A DNA stretch of 64,000 nucleotides from assembly GCA_963782055.1 (NCBI GenBank), contig CAWAIF010000003.1:3680001-3744000 (forward strand), written 5' to 3'. The first letter of the stretch is position 1, and each line of letters begins with the position of its first letter. Shown in pieces: positions 10,451-21,570 of the stretch. The DNA comes from an uncultured delta proteobacterium. GTDB taxonomy: Bacteria; Myxococcota_A; Polyangia; Polyangiales; Polyangiaceae. The position numbers and the translations under genes were made by a program. The notes beneath the pieces were generated by a model. That model was not told the origin of the DNA. It worked only from the letters and a program-made list of their open reading frames with translations, and ran no database searches.

Positions 10451-11880
10451 CCTCTCTCGGCAATCTCGCGCTCGAAGACGTCTCGCGTGAGGCGGCGGGC
10501 GAGCGCGCCCGTCTCCTCCGAGAAGGCGACCTCCGCGTCCCCCGGCGCCGGGCGGCCGCCGGGCGCATCGGGGGCGCCGCTCAGAAGCGTGTATCCTGCA
10601 CGTACCGGCTCCCCCTCCTGCGCGATCACCCCGAGCGGGCCGCTGCCCGAGACGCGACGCCAGACCACCGGCTTGCCGGGGAGCGAGCGCTTGCCCACGT
10701 CGTTGGAGAACTTCATCACCGGGCCGCCGGACCAGCAGAGCTTGTAGGCCGCGGAGACACGGTCGCGCGTGAGGCCGCTCGGCGAGGGGCCGGCGACGAG
10801 CCACCCGCCGTAGCCGTAGAACTGCTCGTCCGGCCGGACGCCGTGCTCCTCGCGGAGCGACTCGAAGCGGCGGGTCTGCGCGGCGTCGAAGCCATCCTCC
10901 AGGATGTGCACCGGGCGCACGCCGAGACGCGCGGCCTCCCGCACGGCGACGGCGTACTGCGCCTCCTTGTCGCCGGAGTCGTAGCGGATGGAGTCGTGGG
11001 CGGAAGGGTCCTCCGCCATCAGCGCGAGCGCCTTGGGGAGGCCGGAGCGGAGGGTGTCGAAGGTGTCGAGCAGGAAGCTGGAGCGCTGGGGGCGGCGCTC
11101 CTTCATCGCGCGGAAGGCCGCCTCGTCCGCGCCGTAGCGCATGACGTGCTCGTGCCCCATGGTGCCGACCGGGATCAGCCCCAGGCGGCGGGCGCCGAGG
11201 ACGTGGCTGGTGCGGCCGATGCCGGCCTGCTTGCACGCCGCGAGGGCGATCATGTGCTGCGGGGCGCACGAGGCGGAGCGAAGCCCGACCTCGAACAGGC
11301 GTGCGCCGTCCTCCACGATGCCCACCAGCTCCGCCGCGCGCGCGGCGACGCGGGCAGCGTACTCCTCCTCCCGCGCCTCGATCGGGGGCGCGGACACACC
11401 CACGGCGTCCAGCGTCTCGCGGGCGATCTCGGCCTCGCGGGGGCAGGTGACCCACGCGAGCGCGCGGGCGAGCGCGGCGGGATCGGTGACGGCGAGGGTG
11501 GCGAGCTGGAGCCGGTAGTGGAGCTGCAGGACGAGCGGCTCCAGCCAGGAGACCAGGGCGGACGGACCGGAGAGGGTGAGCACAGGCTCGCCGCGCAGCA
11601 CCCAGGCCCCCCGCGGCGCGCCGCGCACCACAAGGGACGCGCCGCCCTGCACCGCCGCCTTGAAGCCGGCGCCCATCTCGTACTGGTTGGCGGCGAGGTA
11701 CTCGTAGTCCCCCGCGGCCGGCGCGGGGAGCATGGCCGCGATGGCGGCGGCGAGGTCCGTCGGGACGAGCTGGGGACCTCCGCGGCGGTGAGCGTAGTAG
11801 AACGTCTCGCGACGTAGCGGCCAGCCCGCCTCCGCCATGCTGAACTTGTAGCCGTCGGTGGTGAGAAGCGACGTGGTCAT
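10447..11880 (-). CDS. pncB: Nicotinate phosphoribosyltransferase-like protein
   Basis: LLTTDGYKFSM, FEVGLR, GTMGHE, LLDTFD, IRYDSGD, K..LPGK. Confidence 0.82.
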   Translation of the reverse strand: MTTSLLTTDGYKFSMAEAGWPLRRETFYYAHRRGGPQLVPTDLAAAIAAMLPAPAAGDYEYLAANQYEMGAGFKAAVQGGASLVVRGAPRGAWVLRGEPVLTLSGPSALVSWLEPLVLQLHYRLQLATLAVTDPAALARALAWVTCPREAEIARETLDAVGVSAPPIEAREEEYAARVAARAAELVGIVEDGARLFEVGLRSASCAPQHMIALAACKQAGIGRTSHVLGARRLGLIPVGTMGHEHVMRYGADEAAFRAMKERRPQRSSFLLDTFDTLRSGLPKALALMAEDPSAHDSIRYDSGDKEAQYAVAVREAARLGVRPVHILEDGFDAAQTRRFESLREEHGVRPDEQFYGYGGWLVAGPSPSGLTRDRVSAAYKLCWSGGPVMKFSNDVGKRSLPGKPVVWRRVSGSGPLGVIAQEGEPVRAGYTLLSGAPDAPGGRPAPGDAEVAFSEETGALARRLTRDVFEREIAERG

Positions 11881-11910
11881 CGGGGCCTCGCTTCCGAAGG
11901 TAAGTCGGGA

Positions 11911-11933
11911 GAAAGAGTCGTCAAGACTTTTTC
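11911..11933. promoter_or_regulatory. Candidate NrtR operator
   Basis: AT-rich imperfect palindrome GAAAGAGTC-GTCAA-GACTTTTTC with GT-N7-AC core, ~30 bp upstream of the operon start. Confidence 0.75.
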
Positions 11934-11982
11934 TTCGGAACCCCGCCGCCGGCGGGCGGCCTCGGCTACGATACCCCTCGCG

Positions 11983-12222
11983 GTGCCCCAGTCGACGCGT
12001 CTCAACATCGTGAAGACGGCCCTCGCCGACATCGTCGAGCGGCTGGCCGAGATGGAGCTCACCCCGCGGGTGCGCGAGCTCCGCATCGAGGCGGCGGCCT
12101 GCTCGCGCATCGTCCGCTCCTGGGATGCCCAGTCCCCCAGCGAGGCGCAGCGCTCGGAGATGATGAGCAAGGTGCTCGATCTCAACGTGAAGGTGATCGC
12201 CGAGGGTCGAGACCGGAGCTGA
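11983..12222 (+). CDS. Small helical hypothetical protein
   Basis: 79-aa ORF with strong GC3 bias and protein-like composition. Confidence 0.6.
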   Translation: MPQSTRLNIVKTALADIVERLAEMELTPRVRELRIEAAACSRIVRSWDAQSPSEAQRSEMMSKVLDLNVKVIAEGRDRS

Positions 12223-12245
12223 CCGTCACGCGCCGTCGTGCGGCG

Positions 12246-12743
12246 TCACGCCGGCAGCAGCATCGGGATGTCGACGCGGGTGGCCGACAGGGCGGAGGGC
12301 GGCACCGGGCGCAGCTCCGGGGCCCTCTCCGCGGGCGGCTCGCGGCGCGGCGGCCGCGCCCGCACGAAGGCGAAGGTGGTGGAGGTGAGCGCCACCTGAC
12401 ACTGCCGCTCGCCGCCGGCGCGGGGCCGCCAGAGGATGGCGCGCGCGCCGGGTCGCCAGGCGTGCACCACCAGCCGATCGCCGTCGTGGTCGACCACCCA
12501 GCCCATGAGCTGCATCCCGAGCATGGTGTTCTCGTGATCGGGGTCCTCGTCGCGACGAGCGACCTCGGTGCACACCGCGTCGACGAAGACGTAGACCGTC
12601 CGCATCGTCTCCACCCGACACCGACCGTCGAGGGAGGGCGGCAGGACGCGCGTCATCCACGCGCAGTCGGAGGCGGTGGCCAGCTCCTTGAGCCAGGCGC
12701 GACTGGAGGGGGAGGAAGTCATGGACGGTAGTGTCGTACCCAT
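12246..12743 (-). CDS. Hypothetical protein (start 12743 or 12722)
   Basis: Protein-like core (VETMRTVYVFVDAVC...VALTSTT); preceded by sigma54-like motif. Confidence 0.55.
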   Translation of the reverse strand: MGTTLPSMTSSPSSRAWLKELATASDCAWMTRVLPPSLDGRCRVETMRTVYVFVDAVCTEVARRDEDPDHENTMLGMQLMGWVVDHDGDRLVVHAWRPGARAILWRPRAGGERQCQVALTSTTFAFVRARPPRREPPAERAPELRPVPPSALSATRVDIPMLLPA

Positions 12744-12754
12744 ACCCACCCAAG

Positions 12755-12770
12755 AGCACCTTCCGTGCCG
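12755..12770 (-). promoter_or_regulatory. Candidate sigma54 promoter
   Basis: Minus strand CGGCACGGAAGGTGCT fits GG-N10-GC with GGCACG. Confidence 0.4.
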
Positions 12771-12925
12771 GGAGGTTTCCTCCGAAATTGCAGCGTTTTC
12801 AGGCAATACCCCCAGGGTGCATCGCCCATTTCTGGGTGACGAGCGATCCACCGCGACCAGCCGCGGGCATCGCGCCGGGTCGCGTGACCGGAGCCCGGCG
12901 GCGGTTTGCACTAGGCTACGCGGCC

Positions 12926-15640
12926 ATGCGTGCATGGCCCCTCCTCATGATGCTCGCGGCCGCCTGCGCGGCGGTGCCCGCGGCGACGCCGCCCGCGCGA
13001 CCTCCCCTCGTCGCCGGGACGGCGCAGCCGCGAAGGGCGCCGCCTCCCCCGCCGCAGGCCAACGGACGTCTACCCGCGCTGGCCCGTCCCCTCCGCTACG
13101 CGCTCGACCTCCACGTCGACCCGGCTCGCCCCCGCTTCACGGGGGAGGCGACCATCTTGCTGCAGGTGCCCGCTCCCACGCGCTACGTCGTGATGAACGG
13201 TCGCGATCTGCACGTGACCGCGGTGACGCTCCGCACCGGCGCGAGGGAGATGGCCGGCACCGCCAGCTCCAGGCCCGCGGCCGGAAGCAAGGTCGCGAGC
13301 GAGCTGGTGCTCGCCTTCCCGCAGCCGCTCCCCGCGGGGCGTGCGACGCTGACCGTCGACTACGACGCCCCCTTCGGCGACGCGCTCTCCGGGCTCTACC
13401 GCGTGAAGGACGGCGGGCGCTGGTACGCCTTCACGCAGTTCGAGGCGGTGGACGCGCGCCGCGCCTTCCCCTGCTTCGACGAGCCCTCCTTCAAGACGCC
13501 CTTCGACGTCTCCGTGACCGTGCCCGGGGGGATGATCGCGGTGGCCAACGCGCCGGAGAAGGCGCGCGAGCCCGGCCCGGGCGGCACGACCTTCCGCTTC
13601 GCCACGACGCCCCCGCTGCCGAGCTACCTGGTGGCGCTCGCCGTCGGCGATCTGGACGTGCGCGAGGGCAAGAAGACGCCCGTCCCCGTCCGCGTCATCA
13701 CCACCAAGGGCAAGTCGGCGCTGGGCACGCAGGCGCTCGCCGCCGCGGCGGACCTGGTGGCGCTGCTCGGCGACTACTTCGGCATCCGGTACCCCTACGA
13801 GAAGCTGGACGTGGTGGCGGTGCCCGACTTCGCCGCCGGCGCGATGGAGAACGCCGGGCTGGTCACCTTCCGCGAGGAGGCGCTGCTGCTCGGCGAGCAC
13901 CCCAGCGTGCAGGCGCGGCGGCGGCTGGTGGGGATCGTCGCGCACGAGCTCTCGCACCAGTGGTTCGGCGATCTGGTGACCATGCGCTGGTGGGACGATC
14001 TGTGGCTCAACGAGGGCTTCGCCACCTGGATGGCCACCAAGATCTCCGCCCGCTACGAGCCGGCGATGCGCGCCGGGCCGCGCGCGGCGGCGAGCGCGGA
14101 GTGGGTCAAGGATCAGGATGGCCTCGTCTCCGCGCGCGCGATCCGGCAGCCGGTGTCCACCGTGGCGCAGGCGATGGATGCCTTCGACGGCATCACCTAC
14201 GACAAGGGCGCCGCGGTGCTCCGCATGCTGGAGCACACCGTGGGGGAGGACGCCTTCCAGAAGGGCGTGCGCGAGTACCTGCGCGCGCATGCGTGGGGCA
14301 ACGCGCGCGCCGACGACCTGCTCGCCGCGCTCGACCACGTGTCCGGGAAGGACACCCGCGCGGTGGCCGCGGCCTTCCTCGACCGCCCCGGCGTCCCCGA
14401 CGTGGTGGTGGACGAGACGCGGTGCGCAGCGGGCGGCTGGCACCTGCGCGCCCACGAGGAGCGGTGGCGGCCGCTGGGGAGCGCCCTGGACGCCGGCGCG
14501 CACTGGCGCGTCCCGATCTGCGCGCAGTCGGCGACGAAGGGCGACGCCGCGTGCGGCGCTCTGACCGACACGCCGCTGGTGCTGGACGGCAAGGGCCCCT
14601 GCCCTCTGGTGGTCAACCCCGGGGCCACGACGTACGCGCGCGTCGCGCTGCCGAAGGACGCGCTGGAGGCGCTGTTCGCGCCCTCGCGCGGTCGCGCGCC
14701 CTTCGAGGCGCTGGACGTGCCCACGCGCATCGCCACGCTGGGCAGCGCCTGGGCGGAGGTGCGTTCGGGGCGGCTGGACGCCGGCGCCTTCCTCGGCCTG
14801 CTGCACACCCTCGACGCCGAGACCGACCGCTACGTCGTCCAGGAGGAGATCGCCATCCTGTACGCGCTGCGCGACGCGACCGTCGACGACGCCACGCAGG
14901 CGGCGTTCGCCCGCTTCGCCGCGGCGCGGCTCCGCCCCCACGATCTGCGCCTCTGGCGCGTGAAGTCCCCGCTGGACGGTGACGGGCGTCTGCTGCGGCG
15001 ATCGGTGGACGCGGCGCTCGTCGAGCTCGCCGGCGACAAGGTGACGCTGGCGCGCCTCGCGAAGGTGGCGTCGACCCACCAGCCCGCCGACCCCGATCTG
15101 CAGCAGCTCGCGCGGGAGGTCGCCGGGCGCAGCGCCACCGTCTCCGACCTGCCCGCCCTGCGCCAGGCGGTGGCGAAGGCCGCGACGCCGGAGGACCGGG
15201 TGACGGCGCTCCGCGCGGCCGCGGCGGTCACCGACCCCGCGGCGGTGCGCGCGCAGCTCGACTGGATGGTGAGCGGCGCGGTCAAGACGCAGGACGTCCA
15301 CTACGTGCTGGGCACGCTGGCGTGGCACCGCGCCTCGCGCGACGCCACCCTCGCCTGGGCGCGCGCGCACTGGGACGCGCTGCGCGCCAGGCTGCCCGGC
15401 CCGCTCGCGCGGGGCCTGGTGTCAAACGCCGGATACGCATGCACGCGCCCCGATCTGGACGAGGCGCGTGCATTCTACACACAAAAAGCGCGGGACATCG
15501 AGGGCACGGAGAGGCCGCTCGCGCAGGCGCTCGAGCAGGCCTCCCTGTGCGTCGCCCTGCGCGAGGCCGCGGGCCCCGCGGTGCGCAAGGCGCTCGGCGT
15601 GACTACTGCTTCAGCAGCGGCCGCCCCTGCGCGTCGGTGA
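12926..15640 (+). CDS. M1 family aminopeptidase with ERAP1-like C-terminal domain, probable lipoprotein
   Basis: [29 protein letters not shown]...WLNEGFA, YDKG; N-terminal LAAAC. Confidence 0.95.
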   Translation: MRAWPLLMMLAAACAAVPAATPPARPPLVAGTAQPRRAPPPPPQANGRLPALARPLRYALDLHVDPARPRFTGEATILLQVPAPTRYVVMNGRDLHVTAVTLRTGAREMAGTASSRPAAGSKVASELVLAFPQPLPAGRATLTVDYDAPFGDALSGLYRVKDGGRWYAFTQFEAVDARRAFPCFDEPSFKTPFDVSVTVPGGMIAVANAPEKAREPGPGGTTFRFATTPPLPSYLVALAVGDLDVREGKKTPVPVRVITTKGKSALGTQALAAAADLVALLGDYFGIRYPYEKLDVVAVPDFAAGAMENAGLVTFREEALLLGEHPSVQARRRLVGIVAHELSHQWFGDLVTMRWWDDLWLNEGFATWMATKISARYEPAMRAGPRAAASAEWVKDQDGLVSARAIRQPVSTVAQAMDAFDGITYDKGAAVLRMLEHTVGEDAFQKGVREYLRAHAWGNARADDLLAALDHVSGKDTRAVAAAFLDRPGVPDVVVDETRCAAGGWHLRAHEERWRPLGSALDAGAHWRVPICAQSATKGDAACGALTDTPLVLDGKGPCPLVVNPGATTYARVALPKDALEALFAPSRGRAPFEALDVPTRIATLGSAWAEVRSGRLDAGAFLGLLHTLDAETDRYVVQEEIAILYALRDATVDDATQAAFARFAAARLRPHDLRLWRVKSPLDGDGRLLRRSVDAALVELAGDKVTLARLAKVASTHQPADPDLQQLAREVAGRSATVSDLPALRQAVAKAATPEDRVTALRAAAAVTDPAAVRAQLDWMVSGAVKTQDVHYVLGTLAWHRASRDATLAWARAHWDALRARLPGPLARGLVSNAGYACTRPDLDEARAFYTQKARDIEGTERPLAQALEQASLCVALREAAGPAVRKALGVTTASAAAAPARR

Positions 15641-15821
15641 ACTTGCCGGTGACGATCATGATGAGATCGATCAGCGTCCAGATGCCGCACCCACCCAGGG
15701 TGAGGAGCATCGCGATGCCGCTACCGGTCTTGCCCACGTAGAAGCGGTGGACGCCGAGGCTGCCCACCAGCACACAAAGAAGAAGGGTCGTCATCCAGGG
15801 CTTCTGCTCGCCGTTGCTCAT
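15603..15821 (-). CDS. TM2 domain-containing small membrane protein
   Basis: MSNGEQKPW...[40 protein letters not shown]. Confidence 0.85.
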   Translation of the reverse strand: MSNGEQKPWMTTLLLCVLVGSLGVHRFYVGKTGSGIAMLLTLGGCGIWTLIDLIMIVTGKFTDAQGRPLLKQ

Positions 15822-16007
15822 TGGTCTCTCCCCGAGGCATTCTGCGGCGGACGCGCCGCGTTTGGTTTCGCTGGCCATGTACGGCGGCACCCGCTGGACC
15901 TTCCCCGCCGCCGAGGAGGGGCATCCTGCCGCAGCGGGTCGCGGGGCGTCAAACGGGAACCGACCGCCCGTGCGACGGGAACGGATCCGGGAGCATCTCC
16001 AGAGACC

Positions 16008-18500
16008 ATGCGGACCACGCTCACCCGAACGCTGCCGGAGGGCCTCGAGACGCTGGCGGAGCTCGCGCTGGACCTGCGCTGGATGTGGAGTCACTCCGGC
16101 GACGCGCTCTGGCGAGAGCTCGACGCGCAGGCGTGGAAGCGGACGTCCAATCCCTGCTACATCCTCCAGAACGTCCCGCAGGACCGACTGGATGCGCTCG
16201 CGCGGAGCGCCACCTTCGGCACCGAGCTCGCGAGGTTGCTGGCGGAGCGCCAGGCCTACCTGGAGGGGCCCACCTGGTGCGCCGACGAGGCCCCGGGCCT
16301 CGTCGGCGAGACGGTGGCCTACTTCTCGATGGAGTTCGGGCTGGGCGAGGCGCTCCCCCTCTATGCCGGCGGGCTGGGCATCCTCGCCGGGGACTACCTG
16401 AAGACCGCGAGCGATCTCGGCCTGCCCGTCGTGGGCGTGGGGATCCTCTTCCAGGAGGGTTACTTCCGGCAGACGATCGACATCGACGGGCGGCAGCGCG
16501 AGACCTACCCGTACAACGATCCGTCCTTCCTGCCGGTGCAGCCTGCGTCCGCGCAGAAGGGCGGCTGGCTGCGCGTGTCGCTGGACCTGCCGGGCCGCAC
16601 GCTGTGGCTGCGCGTGTGGCGCGCGCGCATCGGCCGGACCGACCTGTATCTCCTGGACGCCAACGATCCGGTCAACTCCCCGCGCGACCGCGGCATCACG
16701 ACGCGCCTCTACGGGGGCGACCAGGAGATGCGCCTGTTGCAGGAGATGGTGCTCGGCATCGGCGGCTGGAAGGCGCTGGTGGCGCTGGGCATCGAGGCGG
16801 GGGTGGCGCACCTGAACGAGGGGCACGCGGCGCTCGCCGTGGTGGAGCGCGCGCGGCAGCTCATGAGGCGGCAGCGCCTCAGCTTCGACGAGGCGCTCTG
16901 GGCGACACGCGCAGGCAACCTGTTCACCACGCATACGCCCGTCGCCGCGGGCTTCGACGTCTTCGACCCGCGCCTGTTCGCCACCTACTTCCCCCCGTTC
17001 GGCCCGTACGTCGGGGAGGCGGGGATCCCGCTCGATCGACTCATGGCGCTCGGCCGGCGCGACCCGCGCGACGCCGCTGAGCCGGTCAACATGGCGTATG
17101 TGGCGCTGCGCGGGTGCGCGCGCATCAACGGCGTGAGCCGCCTCCACGGCGAGGTGAGCCGCCAGCTCTTTGCGCCGCTCTTCCCGCGCTGGCCGCTCGC
17201 GGAGGTGCCGGTGGATCACGTCACCAACGGCGTCCACGTGCCCTCTTGGGACTCGCCGGAGGCGGACGCTCTGTGGACGCGCGCCGGCGGCAAGGGACGC
17301 TGGCGCGGCTCGGTGGAGGCCATCGGCGACGTGGTGGGCACGCTCGCCGACGCGGACCTGTGGGAGATGCGCGCGGCAGAGCGGGCGCGGCTCGTGGACC
17401 AGGCGCGCGAGCGCCTCGCGGTGCACCTGGCGCAGCGCGGAGCCGGGCCGGAGGCGGTGGCCGGCGCCACGCAGGTGCTCGACCCCAACGTCCTCACGCT
17501 CGGCTTCGCCCGGCGATTCGCCGAGTACAAGCGACCTACCCTGCTGCTGCAAGACCCGGAGCGCTTCGCCCGGATCCTGCTGGACGCGAGGCGACCCGTG
17601 CAGATCGTGGTGGCGGGCAAGGCGCACCCCGCCGACGAGCACGGCAAGGGCATGATCGCCGAGTGGGTCGCCTTCGTCGCCCGGCCCGACGTCCGCCGGC
17701 GCGCGGTCTTCCTGGAGGACTACGACATGGTCCTCGCCGAGCACCTCGTGGAGGGCGTGGACGTGTGGATCAACACCCCGCGCCGGCCGTGGGAGGCCTG
17801 CGGCACCAGCGGCATGAAGGTGCTCGCCAACGGGGGGCTCAACCTCTCCGAGACCGATGGTTGGTGGGCCGAGGCCTCCTCGCCGGAGGTGGGGTGGGCG
17901 CTGGAGGCCGGAAGGGACGACGCCACCGCGCTCTACGAGCTGCTGGAGCGCGAGGTGGTGCCGGAGTTCTACGACCGCGGCCCGGACGGCATCCCGGCGC
18001 GCTGGGTGGAGCGGATCCGCGCGAGCATGTCCCGGCTCGCCCCCCAGTTCAGCAGCAACCGCATGGCCCGCGAGTACGCCCAGCTCTACGAGCCAGCGGT
18101 GGCCGAGTACCGCCTGCGCACCGCGGGCGGCGCGGGCCGCGCGCGGGAGCTCGCGCTCTGGGAGCGCGAGCTGTCGAAGCGCTGGGGCGAGATCCACTTC
18201 GGCCCGGTGACGAAGGCCGAGGTCGACGGGCAGACCGAGCTCCGCGTGGATGCCTACCTCGGCGGCCTGGCCCCGGAGGCCGTGCAGGTCGAGCTGTACA
18301 CCGAGCGGCCGGCGGGGGCGGAGGCGTGCTGCGTGGTGATGGACGATCTGGCGCCGCTCTCCGGCGCGACCCACGGACGGGTGTACGTCGCTCGGACCCC
18401 GCCCGGGCGCGTGGCCGAGGACTACACGCCGCGGGTCGTGCCACGGCGCGACGCGGTCCGGATCCCTGCCGAGCTACCGCTGATCCTCTGGCAGCGCTAG
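16008..18500 (+). CDS. glgP: Alpha-glucan (glycogen/starch) phosphorylase
   Basis: [50 protein letters not shown]. Confidence 0.95.
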   Translation: MRTTLTRTLPEGLETLAELALDLRWMWSHSGDALWRELDAQAWKRTSNPCYILQNVPQDRLDALARSATFGTELARLLAERQAYLEGPTWCADEAPGLVGETVAYFSMEFGLGEALPLYAGGLGILAGDYLKTASDLGLPVVGVGILFQEGYFRQTIDIDGRQRETYPYNDPSFLPVQPASAQKGGWLRVSLDLPGRTLWLRVWRARIGRTDLYLLDANDPVNSPRDRGITTRLYGGDQEMRLLQEMVLGIGGWKALVALGIEAGVAHLNEGHAALAVVERARQLMRRQRLSFDEALWATRAGNLFTTHTPVAAGFDVFDPRLFATYFPPFGPYVGEAGIPLDRLMALGRRDPRDAAEPVNMAYVALRGCARINGVSRLHGEVSRQLFAPLFPRWPLAEVPVDHVTNGVHVPSWDSPEADALWTRAGGKGRWRGSVEAIGDVVGTLADADLWEMRAAERARLVDQARERLAVHLAQRGAGPEAVAGATQVLDPNVLTLGFARRFAEYKRPTLLLQDPERFARILLDARRPVQIVVAGKAHPADEHGKGMIAEWVAFVARPDVRRRAVFLEDYDMVLAEHLVEGVDVWINTPRRPWEACGTSGMKVLANGGLNLSETDGWWAEASSPEVGWALEAGRDDATALYELLEREVVPEFYDRGPDGIPARWVERIRASMSRLAPQFSSNRMAREYAQLYEPAVAEYRLRTAGGAGRARELALWERELSKRWGEIHFGPVTKAEVDGQTELRVDAYLGGLAPEAVQVELYTERPAGAEACCVVMDDLAPLSGATHGRVYVARTPPGRVAEDYTPRVVPRRDAVRIPAELPLILWQR

Positions 18501-18670
18501 TCGACGTTCTGGTCACCCCTCCGCTGCCCGCGCAAACGGCTCGCAAGGGCGCAAGAACCTCTCTACAGGCGCTGGCGGCGGGGGCGCGCGAGCCACCAGG
18601 CGACTGGACACAACCTCTCCACAACCGGACCCGCAAGGCGCGCGCCGGCGACCTGCGCAGCAGCGGCGTG

Positions 18671-18686
18671 GGGCACGCGTCATGCT
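18671..18686 (+). promoter_or_regulatory. Candidate sigma54 promoter
   Basis: GGGCACGCGTCATGCT fits GG-N10-GC, ~20 bp before ATG 18707. Confidence 0.45.
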
Positions 18687-18706
18687 ACCGATGGACGGTG
18701 GAGACG

Positions 18707-20293
18707 ATGGGAACGCTGAAGGACGACCTGCTTCACGCCGGGGCCTTTCCGGGGGCCGAGGGGGAGATCGAGCTGGCGGAGACGCACGCGTCGTGGGTGT
18801 TCCTCGTCGGCGGGGAGGTCTTCAAGGTCAAGAAGCCGGTCGACTTCGGCTTCCTCGACTTCTGCACGCGCGAGCGCCGGCGCGCGGCGTGCGAGGCGGA
18901 GGTGTCCCTCAACGCGCGCCTCGCCCCCGACGTCTACCTGGGCGTGCTGCCGGTGCGCCGCGACCGGAACGGGGTGCACAGCGTCAACGGGCCGGGGGAG
19001 ACGGTGGACTGGGCCGTCCACATGGTGCGCCTCCCTGACGAGCAGCGGGCCGACCAGCGGCTCGCCCGCGGCGCGCTCTCCGGCGCCGACGTGGACGCCA
19101 TCGCCGCGCGCATCGCCGACTTTCACGAGCGCGCGCGGCACGATCAAGCCACCGCGAGCTTCGGCACGGCGGACGCGGTGGGCTGGAGCGTCCGGGAGAA
19201 CTTCGCGCAGACGCGCGGTGTGGTGGAGCGGTCCGTCGACCCCGAGGACGCGCGCGACATCGAGCGCTGGCAGACCGACTTCCTCCGCGAGCATACCGCC
19301 CTCTTCGACGCGCGCATCGCCGCGGGGCGCGTGCGCGATGGCCACGGCGACCTGCGGCTGGAGCACGTGTACCTGCGCCCGCAGGGCATCACCATCATCG
19401 ACTGCATCGAGTTCAACGAGCGCTTCCGCTTCGCCGACGTGTGCGCCGACCTGGCGTTCCTCTCGATGGACCTGGCGTACGCGGGCCGCGCAGACCTCGC
19501 CGAGCGCCTGCTCGCCCGCTATGCGCGCGACACCAACGACTTCGACCTCTACGCCCTGGTCGACTTCTACGAGAGCTACCGCGCCTACGTGCGGGCGAAG
19601 GTCTCGCTGATGCTGGCCGCCGACGAGGGCGCCGACCCTCGGCTGCGCGCGAAGGCCTCCGCGGAGGCGCGCCGCTACTTCCTGCTCGCCCTCTCGGCCG
19701 ATCGGCGGCCGCTGCTGGCGCCCGCGCTGGTCTGCGTCGGAGGCATCATCGCCTCGGGCAAGAGCACCATCGCCGCGCAGATCGCCGAGGAGCTGGACGC
19801 CCCGGTGGTGGAGGCCGACCGCACGCGCAAGCACATGATCGGCGTGGCGCCGCGCACGCCGGTGCACGACAAGGCGTGGAAGGGCGCCTACGATCCGGGG
19901 TTCACCGAGCAGGTCTACGCCGAGGTGCGCCGGCGCGCGCGCGTGGTGCTGGACTCCGGGCGGCCGGTGGTGATGGACGCGTCCTTCCGCTCGCGCCCCA
20001 TGCGGGCGGCGGCACGCGCGCTCGCCGAGGAGGCGGGCGTGCCCTTCCTCTTCGTGGAGTGCCGGGCGGACGCGGCGATCTGCAGGGAGCGCCTGGTGCG
20101 CCGTCGGCGCGAGACGGGCGTCTCCGACGGGCGGCTGGAGATTTTCGAGGATTTCTGCGCGCGCGTGGAGCCGGTGACGGAGCTCGGGGCGAGGGATCAC
20201 CTGGTGCTGGACACCTCGCTTCCGCTGGAGGAGAGCGTGGCGGCGCTGCGGGAGCGGCTGGCGGTGTGGCCGAGGGGGTTGGGGGGGCCTTAA
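18707..20293 (+). CDS. Bifunctional APH-like phosphotransferase / P-loop kinase (AAA_33-type)
   Basis: ETHASWVFL..KVKKPV, RDGHGDLRLEH, IDCIEFN; C-terminal GIIASGKST. Confidence 0.9.
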   Translation: MGTLKDDLLHAGAFPGAEGEIELAETHASWVFLVGGEVFKVKKPVDFGFLDFCTRERRRAACEAEVSLNARLAPDVYLGVLPVRRDRNGVHSVNGPGETVDWAVHMVRLPDEQRADQRLARGALSGADVDAIAARIADFHERARHDQATASFGTADAVGWSVRENFAQTRGVVERSVDPEDARDIERWQTDFLREHTALFDARIAAGRVRDGHGDLRLEHVYLRPQGITIIDCIEFNERFRFADVCADLAFLSMDLAYAGRADLAERLLARYARDTNDFDLYALVDFYESYRAYVRAKVSLMLAADEGADPRLRAKASAEARRYFLLALSADRRPLLAPALVCVGGIIASGKSTIAAQIAEELDAPVVEADRTRKHMIGVAPRTPVHDKAWKGAYDPGFTEQVYAEVRRRARVVLDSGRPVVMDASFRSRPMRAAARALAEEAGVPFLFVECRADAAICRERLVRRRRETGVSDGRLEIFEDFCARVEPVTELGARDHLVLDTSLPLEESVAALRERLAVWPRGLGGP

Positions 20294-20300
20294 GCGATTT

Positions 20301-20424
20301 GTGGGGTTGGGGCTGGGGTCGGGGTCGGGGTTGGGGGCTGGGGTCGGGGTCGGGGTTGGGGTCAGGGGTCGGGGCTGGGGTCGGGGTCGGGGTTGGGGTC
20401 AGGGCTGGGGTCGGGGTCGGGGCT
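20301..20424. repeat. G-rich hexamer microsatellite (GGGGTC/GGGGTT/GGGGCT)n
   Basis: About 20 degenerate units read directly. Confidence 0.95.
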
Positions 20425-20444
20425 TGAACCCGGGTGAACATGCT

Positions 20445-20614
20445 CGCCGCGCCCAGGGAATGGGCGGACGCGAGGGGTCGCGTCTTGGTCGGTCACGCCT
20501 TTGCGCGCAGGATTCCTGCCAGCGCTGGGCGCGGTGTGTGTACGATGCACGTATCGCACTGTCATGAATCCTGCGCGATGGGGGGGCATGACCGACCAAG
20601 ACACGACCCCTCGC
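20445..20614 (+). other. Structured leader D: long hairpin overlapping the start codon
   Basis: 20470-20499 pairs with 20585-20614 (28/30); 20504-20515 pairs with 20566-20577 (12/12). Confidence 0.8.
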
Positions 20615-20941
20615 TCTCTTCCTCATCACAAGCTGGTGGCCTATCGGGTCGCGGTGGAGCTGCTCGTCGCGGTGCGTGCGGCTGGCGTGCGCGACGCGAA
20701 GCTGCGCGACGAGGCGATGCGCGCCGCGAAGAGCGCGTGCCTCAACGCGGCGGAGGGCGCGGGACGGGTGACGCGGCGGGACAAGGCGCGGGCGTTCGCG
20801 ATCGCGCGGGGCGAGGCGGTCGAGGCGGTGGCTGCGGTGGAGATCGCCGCGGCCGCCGGCGAGGCGGACGCCGCTGCGGCGGAGCGGTGCGTGCGCATCG
20901 CTGATCGACTCGTGGCGCTGCTCACCGGCCTCACCCGGTGA
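20588..20941 (+). CDS. Four-helix-bundle protein (23S rRNA IVP / Avd-like), copy D
   Basis: HHKLVAYRVAVEL...LRDEAMRAAKSACLNAAEGAGR...KARAFAIARGEAVE resembles the family pattern L.dQ..Ra..S...NiaEG.gr......f..A.gS..E. Confidence 0.85.
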   Translation: MTDQDTTPRSLPHHKLVAYRVAVELLVAVRAAGVRDAKLRDEAMRAAKSACLNAAEGAGRVTRRDKARAFAIARGEAVEAVAAVEIAAAAGEADAAAAERCVRIADRLVALLTGLTR

Positions 20942-20967
20942 CACGCTCGCTCGCGCCTTTCGCTCAC

Positions 20968-21184
20968 GCGCTCGCGCCCGCGCCCGCGCTCGCCCTCGCG
21001 CCCGCGCTCGCCCTCGCGCCCGCCCTCGCGCCCGCCCTCGCGCCCGCGCTCGCCCTCGCGCCCGCCCTCGCGCCCGCCCTCGCGCCCGCGCTCGCCCTCG
21101 CGCCCGCCCTCGCCCTCGCGCCCGCGGCACCTGGGCTGGGGCGAGGGTCGGGGCTGGGGTCGGGGCTGGGATCGGGGGATGGGG
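20968..21184. repeat. C-rich hexamer tract (GCGCCC/GCCCTC/GCGCTC)n followed by short G-rich (GGGGCT/GGGGTC)n tract
   Basis: Read directly; junction CACCTGGGCTGGGGCGAGGGTCGGGG. Confidence 0.95.
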
Positions 21185-21246
21185 CTTTCGGGACCGCCCC
21201 GCGCGATGGCGGAAGCCGGCGGCGTGCCGGCTCCCGCGATCGCGGT

Positions 21247-21570
21247 TCAGTGGCCGCCGACCAGACGCACCAGCGTGCCGAGCACGTGATCGAACCGCCC
21301 GCGCAGCTCGGGGTCGAGCTCCTCCACGTACCCGAGCGCCGAGGCGACCTCGAAACACGAGAGCACCTCGCGCAGCGACCCCAGCGCGTTGTGATAGCGC
21401 GCCTTCCGGTTGCGACCCTGCGAGTACATGCCCTCGCCCACGTTCAGCGGCCCGCTCGCCAGCGCCCTGCGACACTGCCGAGCCAGATCCGGATCGTGCC
21501 TCTCGAGCTGCCGCACCATCGGCGCCAGCGCACGCACCAGTTCGAGCAACACCGGGTAGATTCGAAGCAT
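21247..21570 (-). CDS. Four-helix-bundle protein, copy A
   Basis: MLRIYPVLLELV...DPDLARQCRRALASGPLNVGEG...ARYHNALGSLRE; AAGGAG RBS. Confidence 0.88.
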   Translation of the reverse strand: MLRIYPVLLELVRALAPMVRQLERHDPDLARQCRRALASGPLNVGEGMYSQGRNRKARYHNALGSLREVLSCFEVASALGYVEELDPELRGRFDHVLGTLVRLVGGH

